Shown here: positions 54,634 to 64,000 of the stretch, piece by piece
How positions within the stretch are numbered: position 1 is the first letter of the stretch
Layout of the letters: each line of letters begins with the position of its first letter
From: Marsupella aquatica
Lineage: Eukaryota > Plantae > Marchantiophyta
Reading direction: 5' to 3'
DNA: 64,000 bases
Assembly (NCBI GenBank): GCA_973895155.1
Contig: OZ316897.1
Span: 5,411,976-5,475,975, forward strand
Notes under the pieces: generated by a model
Databases searched by the model: none
What the model saw: the letters and a program-made list of their open reading frames with translations, nothing else
Told to the model about the DNA's origin: nothing
Made by a program: the position numbers and the translations under genes

Positions 54634-57600
54634 CTATTCCAAGTCAGAAGACAGGGACTCGCTACTGGCAGACGTATCCGTAGACTCAGCTTCGTCATCT
54701 ATAAATTCGCTTCTAGGTCCATTGTTGAGTAAAGGCTGATGGATGAATTTCCTATCTGAACCTCTTCTTAACCTTAAGCCCTTACTCTCCCAAGTAAGGG
54801 TTCTCCTCTGTTCTTCTTTTCGGGCAGCATATTCTGCATACGATGGCAACACAAAAGGCTTCTGAGGAGAAACGAGAACTTTTCTCGAGGATTTCCTCCG
54901 AAGATTAAAACGTTCTTGAAGATTCCACTCCGATCTGGAAGAGGAACGGAACCATATTAGAATTGAAAATGAAAATGGCATAGTAACAGAATCGATAATG
55001 TAAAGTGAAGTAGCTTACGGGCATTACTCAGAAGAATCTGAATCTTCTATTTCTTCCGTCGTATGCCTCTCCTTCTCGTCTCCGTCATTTTCCTCTCCTT
55101 GTCCTCCTGAAGCATCATCTCCAATAGCATCTCCATCCTCTTCATCTTCAGAGTCAAAATTTAAGACAGAATGAACTTTATCTTTTTGTTTTCTTCCCAC
55201 ATCTTTAGCGGGAGATGAGGAACTGACATTCTTTGGAATCAATAAATCCATCCATGTCTTTTCCGCAATCTCAACAAACTCTTTTCGGTTTTCTATACCA
55301 AGAATAAAACGTCCACAATAGCCACCAGCAACAAATGTACTTCTCGAACCCACAGTCCAGTCCATGACAATGTCACCCGGACGAGTGATTAACTCTAACA
55401 CAGATTGCATGAACCCAACGGACAAGCGTCCATTGCCAGCAAACGCTGCTGAAGGAGTTGGATCCTTCTTCACACTCGGGAGACCAATAAGGTTAGTGAT
55501 AGAAGGATCTTCAGTTGCAGAGAGGGGTCGAAACTTGGGGTCCTTTGGAACCTTAACCTTTGACAAAACACGACTGAACAGATCCAATCTCAATGTGAAA
55601 ACCTATGAAATCCCAACAAAGTCCATTGTTAAGATGCCGACGATCCAACCAGAAAATCATTCAAATCACGGCATAACAATGAAATTTGGATAGCGCCAGG
55701 CGCTAACAAAGAATATCCCCTTAACTGAAGGGTAATGAAAACATTTTTAGCTAGCGCTCGGCGCTAACAAAGGACAGCACGAAGAGTGAGAGAATTTACC
55801 TGGCAATCACTTCGGGCCATGTACATTGGAACTCCCATAACCACGTTCAGGGTTTTCACACACTGAAACTTTTGAGACTCCTGGCTCGCGGCAATGACCT
55901 GCGAGATCTGATCATACTCGCCAGTATGCAAAATGGCCAATATACCATCATCTGCTAGAAAGGGGTCCATTGCGCGAAAGAATGAACCAACAATTCTGTG
56001 ATCTGGGGAATTCCATTTTGGAGACTTCTTCTCTAAAAGGGATGGACGCAGTCCAGTTGGGAGGTAAACGAATCCAGCATCAACTCCAAATGATCTTATC
56101 TTTCCTCCTCTTATGACTCCTTTCTCCCTTAGACCAAGCAAGACTAGGTCTTTCACCCACTTCTCCACATTTGACACCCAAGCTGGTTTCTGCTCTTTCG
56201 TGAACACACTCTCAAAGAAGTCCATTACACTGGACTCAACAAAAACATGCCTAGAAGTCTTAGACTTGAACTGTCCAACATCTCGTTGAACACCAGTAGA
56301 AGCGACCGAATCCCGAGAGGAAAATCCATGATCCGAAGATTTCTTTTTCTTCTTCTTTGTGCTGGTGGCATCTGCAGGTCGCACCATCTTCTCCGTGTTG
56401 GGAGGAGTCTGTTCATCAGGGACATCTTGTTCCCCCGTATCAGCTTCAGAGACTCTAGGAGTGACAGTCGTCTTTGCATCTTGTGTTTCTTCTCCATCCG
56501 ATTTCCGTCCACCTAGAAAAAGATACAAAAGTTTCCAAGATTACGGTCCACATAACACTAGCGCCGGGCGCTAACCAAATTGCACTCTCGGGTGCTAACC
56601 AAATAGACAACTTGATCTGTAGCGCTTGTCAAAAAAATACAGAATGCCACTGGAAAACAACACAAGCGCCGGGCGCTAACCAAACTGCACAAAAATCAAG
56701 CAATAAAGGCACACCAACATATGTGGCGCTTAACAAAAAGTCACCTAAATATCCAAACTAGTGAAGAGAAAATACTGAATGCCAATGAAAAATAGAAGAA
56801 TCTCACATTTCTTCCTAGATCTCGTTGATGGGCTGGTTACTCCAGTGTCTACTTTTGCTTTCGCCCTGGGTTTTCGACTCCTGTCTACATGCAAAACTTC
56901 TGTTTCGCAATGTTTCTGCAGCTCGCTCGCCAAGGCATCTACATCTTCCGATAAACCTTGTTTCATTTCAGAGAGAACTTTCCGAGGCACTAAAGACTTT
57001 GATAATTTCATAAATGCATCCTTTTCAGCTTCATCGAAAGGGGTGTCCCACTTATCTATGTCAAGATACCATGGACAGTGGGTTATCTCCCACAATGAAA
57101 TTTCACGTGGTGGAACGTCCCCTTCGGCAGGGTACATTGAGTAAACTTCGCTCCAAGCATCCCCCTCTAGAACGGACCATTTCTGGAATGCAGGAGGGTA
57201 AGCCCAAAAATACTCTAGAGAACTGGTCTCCATGGCCATGTAGAAGCGATACAGATATCTCTTGGCTCGCTTCTGGTTGCGAATGGTATAGTCTTCCTTG
57301 TCTCCGTACTTGGACTGCCAAATTGTGCTAAAAAACTTTGCCTTCACTGTTTCACCGTATGTCTTGAAATCATTGGTGATGTTCAAGACCAATGCTTCAA
57401 ACGTCTCCACTCCTCCTAGCGTTAGACGATCAGCAAGTAGGATCGACTGGACTTGCGAAAGAGATGTCTGTAACATTGCAATTGCAATTCCTTCCACCAA
57501 ACTCCACATGTGCCATGTATGACACCACTGTTTAACAGGGTCATCATTCACACTCGGGGGATGGTAAAATTGTTTTCTGAGCTCGGGTGTACAGTGAGTG

Positions 57601-58954
57601 ACAAGAAGAGTACAGCGCAGTTGTGGATCCAAGTAGGAGACAACAGTGAATAGACGCGCGCGGTCCATTGTACATACTACAGAGTCCGGCTTCTTTTCTC
57701 GTTTGTTCCTCTCCGTAAGAATGTACATTTTTGCACAAGTTGACAGAAAATCACCAAACTCTGGGCTTATCAGGGGGTAATCTTGGATGTCTTTATGCTC
57801 CACTCCTTCGTTGCCTCCTTCATCATGGCAGCATACCGCTTACCAGTCTCTTCAGATGACCACGGGCGACCTTGACTTGCCGCAGCAGCCAAGTCAAGCT
57901 TAAATTGAAGTGAATATGACTTAATCTTGTTTTCACACAAGATGTAAACCAATGCTTCCAATGGCATCTGCTTGGTATACCAAGACCCCTTTCTTGTTTT
58001 GGCACGAACAGTTTGAAATCGCTTGAAGCTTTCGGGGTCGATGATCGGCTTGTAGGCCTCCAAGTCATGAGTTAAAATCCTATTGATTCTATCGGCATCG
58101 AGAATCCATGATGGTTCCACCACAGCTTGCCCTAACCTATAAGATATAATGGAAAATATTAGCGCCTGGCGCTAACTAACCTTGCAAAAATCAAGTGCAA
58201 TCGACCAAATTCAATAGCGTTTATGCAACTTGAGGAATACTTACTGGTTCACCGTGTGCATAGCCGCTTCAAGCTCAACTAGAGAACCTCGATCTCCCTT
58301 AAAAACAGTGCATTGAACACGCGGATGGTACTTGATATTGTCTGGATTCTCATTTGTTACTTGGGTCCACGAGTAGAGTCGATGATTCCCGTCAAAAACA
58401 CAGAACATCTTATCCTTCAGAATGTGGAAATCTGGATCAGTAGCACATTCTGCTTCAAACAAGTCGTTCTGGGCAACCCAAATAGCATCCCAGGTCTCCC
58501 GAATTTCAGGCGTGCAGAATTGAACGACTCCTTCTGAATCCGTGGGCTGGACGTAAAACCGCATCCCAATTAAAGAGTTGTACCCAGAGCTCCGAAACGA
58601 ATCCTTGAGCTTATCGATAGATGCACTATTTTTCTGCAAAGTCCGAACGATTTCCATGTGAACAAGCCGACAAAGAGGGATATGCGGCGGCTCTTTCTTC
58701 TCCCCTCTGAAATCGACTCCAAACGACATTGCGTATTTCTCGATCACAGCATCCATGGAGAGGACTCCCTCGCCCCCGTCCTCCATCACAAAATCTCCGT
58801 AAGACTCCATGATGCCTCGTTTTGGCTTTGGAATCGCCTGACTAATGTTTCGCAAAGAGTTCGACGCAGACGAACGAGTGACTCTCCGAGTATAAACTGA
58901 TCCGGAGAATGAGGACTCAGATGTTTCAGAATGGCCAGGAGAATGATTCTCCAT
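54634..58954 (-). CDS. ParB/Srx-like domain + unknown domain + beta-class DNA amino-methyltransferase-fold protein; exons 58954-58245, 58136-56807, 56512-55800, 55602-55028, 54934-54634; ~1,209 aa after repairing one 1-bp frameshift near 57775
   Basis: GT-AG introns with consistent phases (2,1,0,2). VFDGNHRL (ParB-N signature); VDAGFVYLPT (motif IV position); LADDGILAI (motif VI); FMQSVLELITRPGDIVMDWTVGSRSTFVAG..GRFILGIE (motifs X-I-II). Copy A reads KITPLL through the frameshift site. Confidence 0.75.
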
Positions 58955-60136
58955 GTTTGTTTAAGATGCATACACATGGGGAACCCGCACCGCAACGTGC
59001 TTCTTGCGTGATGCAACGTTTCTTGTGGTGCTGTACCGATATGGACGAATGATTGACAACGATCCTAAACGTGCGCAGAGGTCGTTCTAACGATCAAGGA
59101 AGACACTATTGCGAAAAGATCTTATCTGATATACCCTGTGGCAGACCTACTAAAGGTTGACACTTGTCACATTTTAACTAGTTATAGGTACTCGTGAATA
59201 TATTTATCCAAGAATTCGTTATAAATTGTAACGATAAACGGTCAAAGTTACCGTTTAAAAAGACCGTTTATCTGAGTATTCTACTTCGATCTAATATTAG
59301 CGCCTGGCGCTATTATTATGCGAGACTAAAATATATCTTAAAATGATGGATTTTAATAATAGCGCCTGGCGCTAGTAACATTGTACTAAAAAATCAAGCG
59401 AATGAATGGACTAAAGCGTGAAAGATTTTGTAATAAACGGATTCTGTTTCTATAAAGTTTACGAAAGTCCCAGGCGCTATTTTCTTTGTGTGTCAAATAT
59501 GGCTCAAATGTATAGATTTCAATAATAGCGCCCGACGCTAGTAACGAGACACATGAAAAATGGTATATGTTTGGACCCAAAATGTGTAAGTTTCTATAAA
59601 TAATGTGCGAGTACATCTTGACAATTTTATGACTTTTATGATAGCGCCTGGCGCTATTATTATGATAGCTTGTAATCGTGCTCAAATGGATCGATTTTAA
59701 TATTAGCAAAGGGTAATATTGTCGTCTGACATAAATAAGGGGGTATTTCCAAGGAAACACAATATATTTCCAAGCAAACCCGAAACCTGTCGTAGGATTT
59801 TAACCTGTGTCAGTAACCAAAATGGTCGATGATCTTTTCTTTTGTTGTTCATTTTTGGGGCTATTTCAGATGTGGACAATGCTAGCGCCTGGCGCTACTA
59901 TATTACCCCGTTGGTTACAACGTCAAAACCATTAATTTAACAGTAACTTTCCGCATAATTGATGGTTTTGTCGTTTCTTGAATGGTAAGAAAATCCGTAC
60001 CCAACGGATCCTATAACCGCTAGACGGCTCTTTCCTTTTGAGACTTGGATTTAGAAGAAACCCTCAACCATACAATCTAGATTGATCTTACCATGTATCA
60101 TTATTTTATGTAGTCGGTTATCTTTGGGGAGTTAGA

Positions 60137-63100
60137 ATGTCTCGCATTATTGGAATAACGTGTCCGAATACAGGTGACGTTATGACGATCCCTGTGTCGA
60201 TTTCCGAAACCAAGAAATGTGTTAGTGATAATTACCTGTGTGGAAGATTTGGGGTGACGAGAAAACATATTTTGAGTATCAGAACTTTGAACGATGGGCC
60301 CGCTCATTTTGATACTGAAGTGGAGGACGTTGTTTGGAATCTCGAATATGGTGTGGAGTACTTGATTTTCATTCAACTAAGGGACATCGTTCATGTCAAA
60401 GTGGAGAGGAACCAGGTCGCTCACGATGTGATTGACCTTACGTCTGACGCTGAATGCTCTGAGGGTTCTCCACCAATCTCAAGGGGCGGTGAGGTCAATA
60501 AGGAGGGCGGAAGTACCAGTTTGTTGACGCCCTAGGTACCCCCCGTATTGATTCCGTCGGAGGAGTCTGATGATGGAGACACTCTAACTCGTCCTGTTCT
60601 GGTTGTGTATAGAAGAAGCGCACTTGATGCCTTGTTGAAGTCAACTGGAAAAAGTGAGTTAGCGCGCTTTGTTAGGTCCGAGGCATTCATTCACAAACAG
60701 GTTGAATGCTTACCTGTAGAGTACAATGGGAATGTCATATTTGAGCTTCCACCTGTTCAAGGTGTTGGCTCGAAAGGGGATCGTCTGCGAAACATGGATC
60801 GATGCAAGGACTGCTACCTTTGGACTAGAATCCTTCCTACTTCTGCTAATGTCGTTCCGAAGAAGATGTGGGAGTTTGGGAAAGTAAGCTGTAGTGGTTC
60901 TCTCGAATGCTGAAATAGAGCATGTGAGTTTTACACCAGGAATCAAGTCAGAAACTGTAATGGATGGGATGGGACCCCCAAGCTCTCTGGTCAGCATTGT
61001 CCTGGGAGGTTTATCGATGCTGGAGGAATTGTTTGTCGCTATTGCCTTCAAGTTCCATTTTGTGTTGAGTCTTGTCCAGCAAAAATGTTTTATATGTACC
61101 CGCAAGTTTTGATCGAAAATGACACTGCAAAACACATGTCACGACTTGCAATCCATATAGGAGTGCACAACCATCCATGTCGGAAGGTCTGGTCTAGAAG
61201 TGCTGAGAAAATAGCAATAGAAGAAATACGGAGACAGCATGAGAAGTCTCCTTCTTCTACACCGTGCGTTTTGAAAAATGAGATCACTGGATCTTTAATG
61301 GATGCCGTAGGTGAGTCTGTGGATGACATTTCAAAGCTAGAAGAATCAGAAATCTGGAAATCACTTATGCTCGTTTCAATGCCTCAGAAGTTTTCTGCGT
61401 TATTTAAGAGCGTTCGCAAAGATCAGGTTGGTGGAGGTGATTTGGAATATCTGGTTCGCATGCAGAAGAATGTTACGTTTCCATTTCTCCAAAGATATCT
61501 TCTTCTTGGGCAGGGCTGTAAAGGTGATAGAGCGCATATTTCAAAATGACTATCAAAGGTCATGGATCGGGAGTAGATTTACTGCGTCAGATGAAAAAAG
61601 GGGGGCCTCTAGAAGGAGCATGGGTGAGCTTTGACATGATGAAAAGGATGTCGAAAGAATGGAGTACTTTTAGTGCACATGTGTATGACCATAACTATCG
61701 AGCTTTGTGCACAATATTTACTTGTGAACTCAAAGCAGAGGACACTGCATCGCTTGAGAAAGCTTGGAGGTTGATGATCGAAGTCGCTTTGGAGAACGGT
61801 TTAAACGGTGTGGAAATCCATGGTTTCATGGCGGATAACGCTCAGGCGGGATGGATAGCGGTTAGGAATGTCTTCTTTGACGGCCATCCAAACCCGGAGA
61901 GAGAGCGATTGGATGCATTCCACTTTTATCAGTCTTTGCATCGGCACTCTATCGAAGGAGTACTTGAAGAAAAACGTGTTGAACATAGAATCCTTTGGGA
62001 CAAGTTGCGGAATGCCGCTTCATTTGTGGAAGCCTACAGGGTTTCACGAGAGATTGATTCATGGTGGAGATCTGGAAATTGTATTCCTGGGAAACTTAGA
62101 ATGTTGCAAGGATGGATCGCATGGTGGGTTGTGAGGTGGCGACAGTGGGGAAATTTCATACGTTTGGTGAGTCAATGTATACTAGCGCCTGGCGCTAGTA
62201 TTAATATTCCTTCTGTAATTGTGATATTTACTGATGTTTTTGCCAGCGCCGGGCGCTAACGAATAGCTTGATAGCTTCTTCAATGTTCACAATGATTATG
62301 AAAACATTCATACCTTTCATCCGCCCATTTTGAAGTTCCGCTTTTTTATTCGATATATTTTACTGAATTTGACAAAACTCTTTTTCAGAGCAAAAGTGCA
62401 CTTGAAGGGGGGATGATTCCCAATTGCACTGGTTCTGAAGCTGTTCACGGAATCATGAAAGCATGGCAGGGAAAGAAAATAGTTGGTTTGTTCGAAGGAT
62501 GTAAGACCGATCACAACAGAGCAATCTCACAAATAGCAGCCTATACAGCATATCATGAAGGGCTCCATCGGGGTACTGGTCCTACAGTGTTTGAATTGGC
62601 TTTTTGTTTGGCTGACCAGGCAGGGTCCCCGAAACTCTTCGAAGAAGCCTCTAATATGTTACTCGCAAATGCAGCAGAATTTGATTTGGAGAGGGATTCT
62701 CCGTTGAATGGGGATTTTGTGACGAAGTCTGTGAAAAGAAAAGGTCCGGCGACCGGGAATGTCTCTCCACAAGACTCCCATCGACATGACACGGTTCTCA
62801 TAACTACGCCAAACACCCGAGGTTGCAAGAGGAGAAATTTGACCTCAGCCGAGTTTGAGCACATTCCGATACTTAGAACTCCTCCTTCGAATCCAGTTAT
62901 CGATTGGTCTGAAAGTGGCTCTCCAGTTTCCCATCATGTCACTCAATCTTCCGAAGTTCCAGAAAGTGTTTCGAACACCACTCCATTCATTCCTGTAGAC
63001 ACTTCACTTTTTGAAGTGGACCCTGTACCCGGGTCATGGCATTTGCAGAGAGTTTCCAGACACGGTGCTGGACCACAGTGTAATGGGACGTTGTCTGGAA

Positions 63101-63882
63101 GTTGTGATCGAGATGAGTGTCGTAATCGAATTAAGAAGGTCGGATATCCTTCAAATGCAGGGGTTGTCGGAATAGTCGTCAAAGGTTACCACTTATTCAG
63201 AGGTGAACACCATCCAGAGCTTGTCTGGTTCTGCCCCACTCGTGATTGCTGGAAGAGCCGCCCTCGTCGAGGTATTGTGAACCTTCCTACTTGCCCAGAC
63301 TTTTTGCCAGTACAGAAAGGCACTCATCTTTCAAGTCTGGAGTTGAATTTCCTTAACGAGCAGGGCATTGAAGTCTCGAGAGGAGGTGCTATTTCACGTT
63401 GTCCTTCTCCATTTGAACTGAGAATCAACATTGACGTTTTCCCTGAAAAGATCGATCTTGCACAAGTCAACATCCGTTTTCGAACAAGAAACGGGCGTGC
63501 GATGAGCTCCAGATCAAATCTCACTCAGGAATATCGTAAAAGGATTGAATCAGCAACGAAAGAAACAATGACTTTGATCAAAACTATGGAAGTTTCATCG
63601 GGAAATTCATACGGGAAACGATTCCAGATACGCACACATGCACATTTACAAACTGCAAATACTTACTGGGTGCAGATTTGCATTTTCCCTTGTTGCTCTT
63701 GTGAAGATTTCTTTCATCGACATTCTCGAGGGAAACCTTTCATGCCATGTAAACACTTGTACTGGGTTTACAAAGTTATCTGCAAGCTTGATCCTATGGA
63801 CAATATCCTCCCAAGCCAACCGATTCTTACCATTGCGGAACTGCGTTATATTCTAGGGAGGCAGAATGCTGATGGTTTATAG
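60137..63882 (+). pseudogene. Mutator-like DDE transposase with GCM/WRKY-like Zn region and C-terminal SWIM finger; exons 60137-62166 and 62389-63882; ~1,170 aa; two stops and one frameshift
   Basis: SCSGSLEC..C..CRYC..C..CPA..HIGVHNHP; SFDMMK (D1); FMADNAQAG..AVRNVF..DAFH (D2 region); GSEAVH (E); CSCEDF..PCKH (SWIM). Stops at 60533 (TAG) and 60911 (TGA), frameshift near 61540, phase-0 GT-AG intron. Confidence 0.85.
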
Positions 63883-64000
63883 GAAGGTTTAGTATTCTAG
63901 TTTACGTTCAACGGGTATGTAGGACTTGTCGTTTCGTAACGGTAACTTTGTTTTGGTTAGCGCCCGGCGCTAGTAAACAACCTTTGGTTGCTTTTCAACA

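Larger units (their letters stand above)
53042..63972. repeat. Dispersed 15-bp palindrome TAGCGCCNGGCGCTA
   Basis: Exact or 1-mismatch copies at 53042, 53428, 53664, 54578, 55691, 55752, 56559, 56664, 58160, 59298, 59360, 59526, 59642, 59883, 62183, 62244 and 63958. Confidence 0.95.
52849..64000. mobile_element. MULE-family copy C (best preserved; over 11 kb, runs past the window end): transposase plus divergent ParB-MTase cargo gene
   Basis: Left end GAGGTTTTTCCCTATGACAGGAAACAG matches copies A and B. 53040-53245 is mirrored as a diverged inverted repeat at 63770-63980. About 18 palindromes. Confidence 0.85.

Noticed and set aside
54634-58954. Bacterial contamination or a restriction-modification operon
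   Set aside because: The gene has four phase-consistent GT-AG introns, also recognisable in other copies, and is interleaved with plant retroelements.
54634-58954. Five or six separate genes as suggested by the ORF track
   Set aside because: Splice sites join them into one reading frame with a single 1-bp lesion that is absent in copy A.
53042-63972. Palindromes as a CRISPR array or bacterial REP elements
   Set aside because: Spacing is irregular, the units sit in spliceosomal introns, and there are no cas genes or other prokaryotic context.

Overview
Eukaryotic, land-plant-like sequence (probably a non-seed plant; the taxon cannot be fixed from sequence alone). It holds one intact host gene, a 7-exon coatomer epsilon subunit (6325-9235), within nested transposons: a Ty3/gypsy remnant with a PHD finger after the integrase, Bianca-like copia pieces, several solo LTRs with exact 5-bp TSDs, MITEs and a LINE fragment. 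The main discovery is a large Mutator-like (MULE) DNA transposon family, present as three long copies and two fragments. The best copy (52849 to just beyond 64000) carries a GCM/WRKY-like Zn + DDE + SWIM transposase head-to-head with a 5-exon, about 1,209-aa cargo gene. That gene fuses a ParB/Srx-like domain to a beta-class (N4C/N6A-type) DNA methyltransferase fold with an unusual conserved YLPT motif in place of DPPY/SPPY. Nearly all introns and spacers of the element carry a 15-bp palindrome, TAGCGCCNGGCGCTA. A second notable element is a 4-kb TG...CA unit with a 5-bp TSD that looks like a solo LTR but encodes an ancestrally ~876-aa protein. All domain calls come from motif recognition by eye; no database search was run.
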